A stretch of 45,309 nucleotides of DNA, taken from Vulcanimicrobiota bacterium. GTDB taxonomy: Bacteria > Vulcanimicrobiota > Vulcanimicrobiia > Vulcanimicrobiales > Vulcanimicrobiaceae. The notes beneath the pieces are model-generated. The model searched no databases and was not told the DNA's origin. It saw nothing but the letters and a program-made list of their open reading frames with translations. A program made the translations under genes and the position numbers. The stretch lies in contig PLCF01000025.1 of the NCBI GenBank assembly GCA_003135555.1, forward strand, positions 1 through 45,309, written 5' to 3'. Shown one piece after another: positions 17,397 through 26,936 of this stretch (positions within the stretch are counted from its first letter, which is position 1; each line of letters opens with the position of its first letter).

Positions 17397-18191
17397 GTGC
17401 TCGGCACCACGCTGTGGCTCGTGACCGTGCTCGGTTTGCTGGCCACCGTTTCGATCGACGCGGCGGCGGCTTTCGGCCGCGCGAGCCTGCACGCGGCGGC
17501 CGACCACGCCGTCGAGGGTGCGATGCACGATGCGGTCGCCGAGTATCAGAACGCGCTGCAGGCGGCCGTCGCCGTTGCAGCGCCGGCGCAAGGCAGCTAT
17601 GCGGCGGCGCTGGCGACGCTGCCCAACCCGCTCGCCCGGACGGTGCCGCCCGACCCGGCTCCTGATTCGGCCGCGCCGCGCTTTACCGTCAGCTATGCGG
17701 TCACGCCTACGACGCTGGCGCCGCCGGCGTGCTCGGCGGGCGGCCAAAGCACGTCCGCGCCCGACACGATCGCCTGGCTGCAGTGCCATCCCGCGGTGCA
17801 GGAATCGCGCTTGTCGCTGCACGTCACGGTGCGCATCCTCGACGCCGCGGGCAACCAGACGATCGCCCAGCGCGGCGACGACGTGACGTTGCGGCTCTTC
17901 GCCGAACCGCCGTACAGCGCGCTGGTCGGTCGAAACGACACGGCAGCGGGGGATCCGACGCACGCGGGGGTGCTCGTGCCGGTGCACGAGGGGGACCTGG
18001 GCGGGGATACCGTCAGCGGTGCGTCGCCGGCGCCGGGGCCGAGCTCGTGGCCGGCCGGGGGCACCCTCATCCACGTCCGGTACGAATGCCATGACGGGGC
18101 GGGCGGCTGCGCCGGCGCCGCACCCCCCGATCCCGACGCCGCGCTGCGGCCGGGGGTGGTCTGGGCCAACGGCAACGGGCCGGCCCCATAG
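17397..18191 (+). CDS. Pilin-associated protein (PilX/GspK-like position)
   Basis: N-terminal hydrophobic helix, paired Cys, starts 1 nt after the previous gene. Confidence 0.65.
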   Translation: MLGTTLWLVTVLGLLATVSIDAAAAFGRASLHAAADHAVEGAMHDAVAEYQNALQAAVAVAAPAQGSYAAALATLPNPLARTVPPDPAPDSAAPRFTVSYAVTPTTLAPPACSAGGQSTSAPDTIAWLQCHPAVQESRLSLHVTVRILDAAGNQTIAQRGDDVTLRLFAEPPYSALVGRNDTAAGDPTHAGVLVPVHEGDLGGDTVSGASPAPGPSSWPAGGTLIHVRYECHDGAGGCAGAAPPDPDAALRPGVVWANGNGPAP

Positions 18192-18286
18192 TGTGCGCCC
18201 GGACGCATCGTCCGCGCTACACCTTGCACTTCGACCGGCCGATACGATTGGTGCCGGGTGTTCATGGATGAAGGGGACATAGCACG

Positions 18287-18481
18287 ATGCTGTACGGTGG
18301 ACCGTTGACGGACGCCGATGAACGGGCGTTCTTCGCTTGGGCCGATCGCGAACGCGCGATCACGCGCCTGCTCTATGCCGGGAAGATCGGCTTCGCGGAG
18401 CTGGCCCTGCGGCGCCAGATGAGCTACGACAGATTGCTGATCGAGTCGGAAGCGGTCCGCGACAGCTCCAAGAATCAGTAG
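18287..18481 (+). CDS. Small hypothetical protein (64 aa)
   Basis: AAGGGGA before the ATG, protein-like composition. Confidence 0.55.
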   Translation: MLYGGPLTDADERAFFAWADRERAITRLLYAGKIGFAELALRRQMSYDRLLIESEAVRDSSKNQ

Positions 18482-18482
18482 C

Positions 18483-18707
18483 TCAGCGCGGGACCCCGGC
18501 GGCTTTGAGGAAGGCCCGGCGGTTGAGGTCGCCGTGGAGCTCGCACGGGATGAGGTTGCAGGTCCCCTGCTGCTGCCGTGCCGCGCAGCCACAGCGCCAA
18601 ACGTGGTCCTCGGTGTTCGGGGCGCCGCCGTGCGCATACGAAATCGTCCGGCTGGGCAGGCCCAGGACGGAGCGCAAGTAGACGAAGGTGTGCGCAAAGA
18701 TCGCCAC
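18483..18707 (-). CDS. Small Cys/His-rich hypothetical protein (74 aa)
   Basis: H..H.W.CGC...C....C..H pattern. TACGCT lies 8 nt before the GTG. Confidence 0.55.
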   Translation of the reverse strand: MAIFAHTFVYLRSVLGLPSRTISYAHGGAPNTEDHVWRCGCAARQQQGTCNLIPCELHGDLNRRAFLKAAGVPR

Positions 18708-18804
18708 GCGAACCCAGCGTAAGCGAGCGAGCGGGTCCTGGCAAGCGGCTTCGCAGGAAAGCGTGCGTTTGTACGCCAGGTTTAACGCAGCACCGGCGAA
18801 TCGT

Positions 18805-19761
18805 TCAACGCGCGAGCGGGCTGAGGAACGTTTCGAGGGCGGCGTCGACCGCCTCGGGTTCCTCCTCGTGCGGTAGCAGGCCGCTTTCTGCGAAGGTCAC
18901 CAGACGGGCGTTGCGTGCCAGCCCCATGAACTCGTCGGCATTGGAGCGCGGGGAGATGGCGGGTGCTTTCTCGCCCCACAGCAGCAGGACGGGCACGTCC
19001 AAGAACGGCAGATCCCGGGCCGCGTCGCAGTTGAGCGCGCCGCCCACGAACGCCGCCGGGACGTAGCGCGCGCCGGGCTGATGCGTCACGGCGTAGTAGT
19101 GATCGACGACCTCGCGCGTGGCGTGCGAGGCGTCGGCATACACCTGCTTCGCGAGGAACGAGCGCAGCGTCGGCTTCGAGGAGAGTGCGTTGAACGCAGC
19201 TTCACCGAGCAGCGGCGACCGGATGAGCGCCGTGATCGCCGAACCGGCGGTCGTCGGCGCTCTGTCGAGCGTTCCGCCCAGCCCGGCGGGGCAGATGGCG
19301 GCAAGCCGTTCGATGCGAGCGTTCGAGCGCGTCGCGGCGCGAATCGCGAACGTCGCCCCGAGCGACGATGCGACCAGCGCCGCCGGCCCGGTGCCGAACG
19401 CCTCGAGCGCCGCGCCGATCTGCTCCACGAACAGCTCGCCGTCGTAGGTCAGGTTCGGTTTCGCGGACAGGCCGCAGCCCAGCAAATCGAAGGCCACCAC
19501 GCGATGCCGGCGCGCCAGCAGCGGAAAGAGCTTGCGAAACTCGTACGACGAGGCGCCGGCGTGCAACCCGTGGATCAGGATCACCAGCGGGCCGGAGCCC
19601 GCCTCGCAGGCGAATATCTCGTAACCGCGCCAGGTCCACGGCCGGCGCGTCCCGCCCAACGCGTTGGTCGGGAGCGGGGCGTTGCTCAGCGCGCGGTTCG
19701 TCGCGGCGATCGCGCCGGTCACGCCGGCCCCGGCAAGCAGCGGACGTAGGAGTTTCTTCAC
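18805..19761 (-). CDS. Alpha/beta fold hydrolase
   Basis: LIHGLHAG, DLLGCG, ASSLG, LLPHEE. Confidence 0.88.
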   Translation of the reverse strand: MKKLLRPLLAGAGVTGAIAATNRALSNAPLPTNALGGTRRPWTWRGYEIFACEAGSGPLVILIHGLHAGASSYEFRKLFPLLARRHRVVAFDLLGCGLSAKPNLTYDGELFVEQIGAALEAFGTGPAALVASSLGATFAIRAATRSNARIERLAAICPAGLGGTLDRAPTTAGSAITALIRSPLLGEAAFNALSSKPTLRSFLAKQVYADASHATREVVDHYYAVTHQPGARYVPAAFVGGALNCDAARDLPFLDVPVLLLWGEKAPAISPRSNADEFMGLARNARLVTFAESGLLPHEEEPEAVDAALETFLSPLAR

Positions 19762-19791
19762 GGTCCTTCAGAGCGTACCCACAAGGACCGC

Positions 19792-20205
19792 GTGCGGCCG
19801 TCGTCGCAACGGCCGGTCGTGGTCGCCCGCGTCCTCAGCGCACTTGGTTTGCTGGCCGCGCTGAGTTCTTCCGTGCAAGCGGCGCCGTGCGGCGTCCCGC
19901 TCGGCCATGTGGTGTTCCTCAAATCTACCGACCTAGACCCCGACGTTTTCGTGTGGGATGCGAAGCAGCGAATCGTCGAATACGCGGGCGGCGTCTGGCA
20001 CGACACGCACGACGTCCTGACGCATACGCTGCTGGCCAAGCCCGGCACCCGCGCGGTGATCGTCCAGTGCGCTCCGGGCGCCGTCCACACCAAGTACGGT
20101 ACGGACGCGCACGACGCGATCGGGATCCGGCTCACCAACGGGCCGAACAAGGGCCGTTACGGCTGGGTGACGTCGGAAGATATCCACGAGGTCGCCCAGC
20201 GCTGA
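19792..20205 (+). CDS. Secreted hypothetical protein (SH3-like C-terminus)
   Basis: Signal peptide ending VQA, and GPNKGRYGWV. Confidence 0.7.
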   Translation: MRPSSQRPVVVARVLSALGLLAALSSSVQAAPCGVPLGHVVFLKSTDLDPDVFVWDAKQRIVEYAGGVWHDTHDVLTHTLLAKPGTRAVIVQCAPGAVHTKYGTDAHDAIGIRLTNGPNKGRYGWVTSEDIHEVAQR

Positions 20206-20217
20206 ACGCGCGCCATT

Positions 20218-20246
20218 TGGACAAGCGTTGGGCGCCTATGTAGGGT
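20218..20246 (+). promoter_or_regulatory. Candidate sigma70 promoter upstream of amt
   Basis: TGGACA-N17-TAGGGT. A second -10-like TAGAAT lies 5 nt before the GTG. Confidence 0.4.
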
Positions 20247-20364
20247 ACCGCGGCCGGTTGATGCGCGCGTTCCGACAAATATCGCCGACACACGTCGCGC
20301 CGCGGCGCTGATCTGTTCGCCATTTCCCCAATGGCGGCTGCGCGCCACAACCGTAGAATGAGGC

Positions 20365-21606
20365 GTGGATAAGATCAGCGCCGGCGACACCTCCTGGGTA
20401 TTGGCTTCGGCCGCCCTGGTGATGATCATGACACCTGGTCTGGGCTTTTTCTACGGCGGCCTGGTGCGTCGGAAGAACGTCCTCTCGACGGTGATGCACA
20501 GTTTCTTCATCCTGTGCCTGATCAGCGTGCAATGGGTCCTGTGGGGGTACTCGCTCGCCTTCGGTCCGGACTGGAAGGGTCTGGGCATCATCGGCGATCT
20601 GTCGTGGATCGGACTCAACGGCGTCGGTCTCAAGCCGAATCCGGACTACTCCGCGACGATCCCGCACCAAGCGTACATGGTGTTTCAGTTGATGTTCGCC
20701 GTCATCACGCCGGCGCTCATCAGCGGCGCGTTCGCGGAACGCAAGCGCTTCAAGGCGTTCGTCTTGTTCAGCCTGCTGTGGGCGACGTTCGTCTACGATC
20801 CGCTCGCGCATTGGGTGTGGGGACACGGCGGGTGGCTCAATAAGCTGGGCGCGCTGGACTTCGCCGGCGGCACCGTCGTGCACATCTCCTCCGGTGTGTC
20901 GGCGCTGGTCGCGGCCTGGGTGCTGGGCAAACGCATCACGCACAAGACCGGCGAAGACGTCGAACCGCACGACATCCCGATGGTCGTCCTGGGCTGCGCG
21001 CTGCTGTGGTTCGGCTGGTTCGGTTTCAACGCCGGCAGCGCGCTTGCCGCCAACGGTCTGGCCGTCAGCGCGTTCGTCAACACCAACACTGCTGCGGCGA
21101 TGGCCGCCCTGACCTGGCTGACGATCTCGTGGGCCCACAAGGGCCAGCCCAGCGTCGTCGGCGCGACCGCCGGCGCGGTCGCCGGGCTCGTAGCGATCAC
21201 GCCGGCCGCCGGGTACGTGACGCCGGCCGCCTCGATCCTCATCGGGTTGATGGTTTCGCTGGTCTGCTACGCCGCCGTGATGCTGCGCGACAAGATGAAG
21301 GTCGACGACGCCCTCGACGTGTGGGCCGTGCACGGCGTCGGCGGAACGGTCGGCGCGCTGGCCACCGGCTTGTTCGCAACCGTCGCGATCAACTCGGGCG
21401 CCGCGAACGGCCTGTTCTACGGCAACCCGGTGCAGCTCAAGATTCAAGCCATCGCCGTCTTCTCGGCGTGGATCTTCAGCGGCGCCATGACCTTCATCAT
21501 CCTCAAGGTCGTCAACGTGTTCGTCCCGCTACGCGTCACCGAAAAAGAGGAAGCCATGGGGCTCGACCTCTCGCAGCACTCAGAAGTCGCTTACAGCCCG
21601 TCGTAA
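20365..21606 (+). CDS. amtB: Ammonium transporter
   Basis: MTPGLGFFYGG, DFAGGTVVH, LWFGWFGFNAGS, GLVAITP, DDALDVWAVHG. Confidence 0.97.
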   Translation: MDKISAGDTSWVLASAALVMIMTPGLGFFYGGLVRRKNVLSTVMHSFFILCLISVQWVLWGYSLAFGPDWKGLGIIGDLSWIGLNGVGLKPNPDYSATIPHQAYMVFQLMFAVITPALISGAFAERKRFKAFVLFSLLWATFVYDPLAHWVWGHGGWLNKLGALDFAGGTVVHISSGVSALVAAWVLGKRITHKTGEDVEPHDIPMVVLGCALLWFGWFGFNAGSALAANGLAVSAFVNTNTAAAMAALTWLTISWAHKGQPSVVGATAGAVAGLVAITPAAGYVTPAASILIGLMVSLVCYAAVMLRDKMKVDDALDVWAVHGVGGTVGALATGLFATVAINSGAANGLFYGNPVQLKIQAIAVFSAWIFSGAMTFIILKVVNVFVPLRVTEKEEAMGLDLSQHSEVAYSPS

Positions 21607-21625
21607 CGCAAAGGAGCCCCTTTCC

Positions 21626-21754
21626 GTGGAACTCATCGCCTCGATGGTCGCCTTCTTCGTCCTAGTCGGTTCGTGGTTCGTTCTGCCGGCGACGTCGCGC
21701 ACGATCGAACCGGCCGCGCACCCCGTCCCCGAAGGACTCCCGACGGCGGCGTAA
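21626..21754 (+). CDS. 42-aa single-pass membrane peptide (not in ORF track)
   Basis: AAGGAG at 21611, then GTG. Translation MELIASMVAFFVLVGSWFVLPATSRTIEPAAHPVPEGLPTAA*. Confidence 0.72.
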   Translation: MELIASMVAFFVLVGSWFVLPATSRTIEPAAHPVPEGLPTAA

Positions 21755-21808
21755 CGCGGCGCCGGCCGGGCTTTTCTCTTCCCTTTCTGCCCCTCGTTAG
21801 GAGAACGT

Positions 21809-23014
21809 TTGCGAACCTTCATAGCGGCCTTGACAGCCGCATGCGCCCTCGGCACAACCGCCGCGCTGGCGCAGACGGCGGCTCCGACAACGGCGCCCAG
21901 TGCGGCGCCGACACCAACGCCCTCGCCCTCGCCGACGCCGCGCGCGTGGCAGGCGTCGGGATTCGCGGCAGCGTCGTACAATGGTTCGTCGCTAGGCCCG
22001 GGCACGGCCGGCTTCTCGTTCGCCAACGGCGGTGCGTCGCGGGTCTTCGACACGCTGAGCCGCCAGCCGATGCTCAATGCGATCAACGTGCAGCTGCAAA
22101 AGAACGGCGCACTCTCGGGCAAGCTCGAGCTGACCGCGGGGACGAATGCCAACGTCATCGCGTCGTATCCCTACGCCAACAACCCGAACGCGTTGCAGAC
22201 GGCGTTCGACGTCACCCAGGCGTACGCCGGCTACACCAGCGGCTTGTTCACGCTCATCGGCGGCAAGTTCGCCACGCTCGCGGGCGCCGAGGTGATCGAG
22301 GATCCGGCCAACGCCAACATCTCGCGCTCGATCCTGTTCGGCTATGCGATCCCGTTCACGCACACCGGCGCGCGGCTGACATATGCGCCATCGTCGCTGA
22401 TCTCGCTGATCGCCGGGGTCAACAACGGCTGGGACAATCTCAAGGGCCCCGGCGGCCCCAGGACGGCCGAGCTGGGTGCGGCGTACAACGGCAGCGTCAT
22501 CTCGGTGGCGGCCCAAGGCTATCTCGGGATGGAGCGCTACTCGAACAGCATGTGGTCGGCGACCGGCGACTCACCCGCCGGACACCGCGCGTTGATCGAC
22601 GTCGTCGGAACGTACCACGTCACGCCGAAGCTGACGTTCGTCGGAAACGTCGACAGCGGACGGCAGACCGCGGTCCCGTTGCTGGATGCGACCGGCGCGG
22701 TCATACCCATACCGGGCGGTCTGGGCATCGCAACCTGGAACGGGGTCGCGGCCTACGCGCAATACCAGCTCACCGCGAAGCTCTCGGCGGCACTGCGCGG
22801 CGAATCGTTCAGCGACCACGGCGGCTACCGCACCGGGTACGACCAGCAATGGCGCGAGGCGACGCTCACCTTTGCCTACGCCCCGTCGGCACCGGTGGTT
22901 TTTCGACTCGAAGGACGCACCGACAGCTCGAACCATCCGGTTTGGTCGGACCCGACGCTGGGCTTGCACACGGCGATGCAAAGCGTCGCCGCGCAAGTGC
23001 TGGTGAAGTTCTAA
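21809..23014 (+). CDS. Outer-membrane beta-barrel porin (OmpL-like/BBP2 type)
   Basis: AGGAG RBS, signal peptide, GKFATLAGAEVI...NISRS..F.YAIPFTHTG, C-terminal Phe. Confidence 0.88.
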   Translation: MRTFIAALTAACALGTTAALAQTAAPTTAPSAAPTPTPSPSPTPRAWQASGFAAASYNGSSLGPGTAGFSFANGGASRVFDTLSRQPMLNAINVQLQKNGALSGKLELTAGTNANVIASYPYANNPNALQTAFDVTQAYAGYTSGLFTLIGGKFATLAGAEVIEDPANANISRSILFGYAIPFTHTGARLTYAPSSLISLIAGVNNGWDNLKGPGGPRTAELGAAYNGSVISVAAQGYLGMERYSNSMWSATGDSPAGHRALIDVVGTYHVTPKLTFVGNVDSGRQTAVPLLDATGAVIPIPGGLGIATWNGVAAYAQYQLTAKLSAALRGESFSDHGGYRTGYDQQWREATLTFAYAPSAPVVFRLEGRTDSSNHPVWSDPTLGLHTAMQSVAAQVLVKF

Positions 23015-23871
23015 GGCCTGTCCTGACGTGGTGTCACCTGCGGGTGAGCTTGTCGAAGGACGGCGTTGCGGTGGAACGCCAGCCCGCCGGGCCGGCGCTC
23101 CACCGTCACGGCGACGTCGTACGCGCGCTCGATCGACTCCGCGGTAAGCGCGCCTTCGGGCGAGCCGTCGGCGACGATCCCCTCGCAGCCCAGCACGATG
23201 ACCCGATCGGCGAACGCGGCGGCTTCTTCGAGCTGGTGCAGTACGGCGATGACGAGCGCGCCGTCGCGGGCCAATTCGCGGATCAGTTGCAGCGTCTCGA
23301 CGGAGGCCTTGAGATCGAGGTGCGAGGTGGGCTCGTCGAGTAGCACGACCGACGCGCGCTGCGCGATCGCCAGCGCGATCCACACGCGCTGGCGCTCGCC
23401 GGCCGAGAGCGTTCCGAGCTCGCGCGCGCGGAACGTCGTCAGCCCGGTGCGCCGCAACGCCTCGTCGACGGCGGCCTCGTCTTGCGGTGTCGCTTCCCAC
23501 TCCCACCAGCGATGATGGGGAAACCGCGCCGCGGCGACGGCGCCGGCGACGGTGAGCGCGGCGAGAACCGGCTCGGTCGGATCGACGAGCGCGATCTGCT
23601 GCGCGCGCTCGCGCGCGTGGAGCGTGCGCACCGGGACGCCGTCGAGCCGGACCGCGCCGGCAGCGGGCGCCAGCGCGCCGGCGATCGTGCGCAGCAGCGT
23701 CGTCTTCCCGACCCCGTTGGCGCCGACGAGCGCGATGACGCCGCCATCGAGCACCAGCGAGACGTCGCGCAGCAGCGTGCGACCGCCGCGCTCGATCTCG
23801 ACGTCTTCGAGGGCGAGCTTCACTTGCTTGGGTACGGCTTCGGCTCGTAGCGGACTCGTCGGTTTACGCAT
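23011..23871 (-). CDS. ABC transporter ATPase (BtuD/FecE-like)
   Basis: GANGVGKT, LSAGERQR, LLDEPTSHLD. Confidence 0.9.
   Translation of the reverse strand: MRKPTSPLRAEAVPKQVKLALEDVEIERGGRTLLRDVSLVLDGGVIALVGANGVGKTTLLRTIAGALAPAAGAVRLDGVPVRTLHARERAQQIALVDPTEPVLAALTVAGAVAAARFPHHRWWEWEATPQDEAAVDEALRRTGLTTFRARELGTLSAGERQRVWIALAIAQRASVVLLDEPTSHLDLKASVETLQLIRELARDGALVIAVLHQLEEAAAFADRVIVLGCEGIVADGSPEGALTAESIERAYDVAVTVERRPGGLAFHRNAVLRQAHPQVTPRQDRP
23016..23058. repeat. 43-bp REP-like element, copy 2
   Basis: GCCTGTCCTGACGTGGTGTCACCTGCGGGTGAGCTTGTCGAAG, with internal hairpin TCACC-TGCG-GGTGA. Confidence 0.85.
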
Positions 23872-24844
23872 AGGCGCGCGCCGCACCGCGCAGATAGAGC
23901 ACCAAGAACGTCGGGACGCCGACAAAGGCCAGCAGCACGCCCAACGGAATCTCGGCCGGCGCGGCGAGGGTGCGCGCGAACGTGTCGGCCAGGACGACGA
24001 GCGACGCGCCGGCGAGAACGCTCGCCGGGACGAGCGCGCGCAGATCCGGCCCGACGACGCGCCGCGCCAGATGCGGCACGACCAGTCCGACGAAGCCGAC
24101 CAGTCCGGCCAGCGCGACGGCCGCCGCGGTCAGCAGCGTCGCCGCGACGAGCAGCGCCCATTGCAGGCGCGTTACGTCGACGCCGAGTGCGGCGGCTCGG
24201 CCCTCGCCCAGGCGCAGAACATTGAGCGACGGGATCGTCGCGACGCCGATGACCACGCCCAAGATCGCCTCGGGCGCCGCCGCGCCGAGGTCGGCCCAAC
24301 CGCGACCGGCCAGCGACCCGGCTAGCCATGCCAGGATCGCCTCGCTCGCGGTGCCGCGCGCCAACCGCTCCAGCGCCAGCGTAACGAACGCCGACAGCAG
24401 CGCGGAGAGTGAGACCCCCGCGAGCACGAGCCGCTCGGCATCGAGCCGCGGTCCGCGCCGCGCGAGCACGGCGACGAGAATCGCGGTGGCCAGCCCGGAG
24501 ACGAAGCCCAGCGGTGGAACCAGCGCCGGCGCGACGCCGGCCGTCGCGGCGATGGCGATCGACGCGCCCGCGCCGCTGGACACGCCGGTGAGATACGGGT
24601 CCACGATCGGATTGCGCAGGAGCGATTGCAGCAGCACGCCGGCCAGCGCGAGCGTCGCACCGACCGTCGCCGCGATCGCGACGCGCGGGATGCGCAACTG
24701 CCAAATGATCGTGGCCGCATCGCCGCCCGCCGACGGATGCGCGAGCGCGTTCCAGAGGACGCCGGGCGCGAGCGCTGCGCCGCCGAACGCGATGCCGATC
24801 AGCATCGTGAGCGGGACGAGCGCGGCGAGCGCCCCGATCCTCAC
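23864..24844 (-). CDS. btuC: FecCD/BtuC-family permease
   Basis: LRIPR, QSLLRNP, GVSSGA, GFVGLVVPH. Located in the riboswitch operon. Confidence 0.88.
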   Translation of the reverse strand: MRIGALAALVPLTMLIGIAFGGAALAPGVLWNALAHPSAGGDAATIIWQLRIPRVAIAATVGATLALAGVLLQSLLRNPIVDPYLTGVSSGAGASIAIAATAGVAPALVPPLGFVSGLATAILVAVLARRGPRLDAERLVLAGVSLSALLSAFVTLALERLARGTASEAILAWLAGSLAGRGWADLGAAAPEAILGVVIGVATIPSLNVLRLGEGRAAALGVDVTRLQWALLVAATLLTAAAVALAGLVGFVGLVVPHLARRVVGPDLRALVPASVLAGASLVVLADTFARTLAAPAEIPLGVLLAFVGVPTFLVLYLRGAARAYA

Positions 24845-26706
24845 CGGGTCGAGAGCTCCAGCGTGAACGAGCGCCCCGGAAGCGGGAAGCCGCCGACCTC
24901 TTCGTAGCGCTCGTTGCCGAGGTCGTAGACGCGTAGCGAGATCAGCGTCCCCGGCGCGATCCGCAGGCGCGTGTATGCGTCGACACGCGTGAAGGGCGCA
25001 GCCGCACCGAACGCGTCGGGATTGAACCCCACCGAGTGCGCGACGATCCCCGCCGACGCCAGGACCGCCCGCGGCGTTCCGGCGTAGGCGAGTTCGACGT
25101 TGGACGCGAGCACCGGCCGCCGCGGCAGCCGTTGCTCCGAGCCGGTCAGGTTCTGCGCACGGTAGAGGTCGGACAGGTTGACGCGCGCGGTGAAACCGTG
25201 GAACGGTCGGGTGCGCACATCGAGCGACAGCCCGGCGATCACCGCGCGCTGCACGTTCTCGACGCTCGACGAGGTTGCGACGATCAGGTCGTTGCCCGCG
25301 GTCAAGAACCAGCCGAGGCTTGCTCCGCCCAGCACGTGCGCGGCATCGATCGAGAAGTCGAGATTCTTGGTGCGCTCCGGGCGCAGATTCGGGTTGGAGA
25401 AACCGGGATAGTACAGGTCGACCGCGGTCGGCGCGCGGAACGCGGTCGAGGCGTTCGCCCGCAGGGCCAGCCCGTCGCCGAAGCTCCAGGTACCGCCCAG
25501 CGACGGCGCTAGCGCGCCGCCTTGCGCGCCGTCGCGCTCCGCCCGCAGCCCGGCGTAGGCGCGCAGGGCCGCGCTCAAGCGCACTTGGTCCTGCGCGTAG
25601 AGCGCGGTCTGCGCGAAGCCGTGCACCGGGGGGTTCCCGTCGCCGGCGTCGATGCGGTCGCTGCCGCGCGCGAGATCGAGTCCGTAGACGAGCGCGCCGC
25701 CGTCGTTCTGCACGACGTTGCGCAGCGACGCCTGCGCGCGTGCCTCGACGTTCAAGAACGCGAACGGGGCGCCGGTGAAGCTCTCCGCGGCGACCGGATC
25801 GCGATACACGAGCGCAAGCCGCGTGGCGGCCAGGTCGAGCGTGGTCGCGGCGCGCGCGCTCGTGCGCGAGAGCGATGCGCGGGCGTCGGCGTCAACGTCA
25901 TCTTGACGCGCGTTGGGCGTGATGAACGCCGCCGGCCCGGGGACGCCGAGATGGCGTGAAACGATGCCGGCGTCGAGACTGAGCCCGAGCGTTCCCAGCC
26001 GTGTCGCGGTGCGGCCGCGCAACGACGTCGAGCCGAGGTCGACGTCATCCCGCACGCCCGCCGGGTCGCCGCCGTAGGCCGGATACGCGAAAGCACTGCC
26101 CGCGACGCGGCGCTCGAACGCGAAGTTGGGTGTGTCGATCACCAAGGCGTGTTCGCCGAACGTCCCGGTCGAGAGCGACGCGATGGTGTCGCGGCGGTTG
26201 CGGGCTGACGTCACGATGTTGATCACGCCGCCGATGGCGCCGGTGCCGTAGAGTGTCGCGCCGCCGCCTTCGACGATCTCGATGCGCTCCACCCCGGCGG
26301 TCGGCAGCGCGCCGAGATCGAGCGTGCCGATCTGCGCCCCGGCCAGTGGACGTCCGTCGAGCAGCACCAACGTTCGGTTCGAGCCGGTACCGCGCAGCGA
26401 GATGGTCGCCGACGACCCGATCGGGCCGCTGCGCGTCACGACGATCCCGGGAACGTCGTCGAGCGCCGCGGCGACGGTGCTGAAGCCGCGCCGCACGATG
26501 TCGGCTTTGGTGACGACGTACGTCGTCTTGCTGGTGGCGCCGAGCGGTTCGTCGCGCCGGTCGCTGGTGACGACGCGGCCGATCTCGCCCAGCGCGGGTT
26601 CGGGCGATGGGCTGGCGGCCGGCTGCGGCGCAGGTTGCGCGAGCGCGGGGGCGGCGTGCAACGCCGCGATTGCGGCGCAGAGCGCCGCGGTGGAGCGGAA
26701 CGACAT
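24841..26706 (-). CDS. btuB: TonB-dependent cobalamin receptor
   Basis: Plug motifs LVLLDGRP, ERIEIVEG and LYGTGAIGGVINI, plus NPNLRPE. Downstream of a B12 riboswitch. Confidence 0.9.
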   Translation of the reverse strand: MSFRSTAALCAAIAALHAAPALAQPAPQPAASPSPEPALGEIGRVVTSDRRDEPLGATSKTTYVVTKADIVRRGFSTVAAALDDVPGIVVTRSGPIGSSATISLRGTGSNRTLVLLDGRPLAGAQIGTLDLGALPTAGVERIEIVEGGGATLYGTGAIGGVINIVTSARNRRDTIASLSTGTFGEHALVIDTPNFAFERRVAGSAFAYPAYGGDPAGVRDDVDLGSTSLRGRTATRLGTLGLSLDAGIVSRHLGVPGPAAFITPNARQDDVDADARASLSRTSARAATTLDLAATRLALVYRDPVAAESFTGAPFAFLNVEARAQASLRNVVQNDGGALVYGLDLARGSDRIDAGDGNPPVHGFAQTALYAQDQVRLSAALRAYAGLRAERDGAQGGALAPSLGGTWSFGDGLALRANASTAFRAPTAVDLYYPGFSNPNLRPERTKNLDFSIDAAHVLGGASLGWFLTAGNDLIVATSSSVENVQRAVIAGLSLDVRTRPFHGFTARVNLSDLYRAQNLTGSEQRLPRRPVLASNVELAYAGTPRAVLASAGIVAHSVGFNPDAFGAAAPFTRVDAYTRLRIAPGTLISLRVYDLGNERYEEVGGFPLPGRSFTLELSTR

Positions 26707-26750
26707 CGGGGGCCTTCCCTTTACGCGAGGGTGAGGTGATGGCGTCCGCG

Positions 26751-26900
26751 CGACGGTATCCTGACTTCGCGGATCGGTGCTGGTGCTGCGGCCTTCCAGC
26801 CCTTTCGGACCGTGACGCGCAGCGGCTCCCCGCTGACAGTGGCGCGACCGTGCCGGATTCCCACCGGCTTCCCGCGCACGCGAACTTCCCCGCCCTTCGA
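26751..26900 (-). ncRNA. Cobalamin (AdoCbl) riboswitch
   Basis: Minus strand GGGAAGCCGGTGGGAATCCGGCACGGTCGCGCCACTGT...GGAAGG...AGTCAGGATACC (B12 box). Ends are approximate. Confidence 0.93.
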
Positions 26901-26936
26901 CGAGGTGTGCCGCCGCTCCCGGCGTATCGCCCGGCG

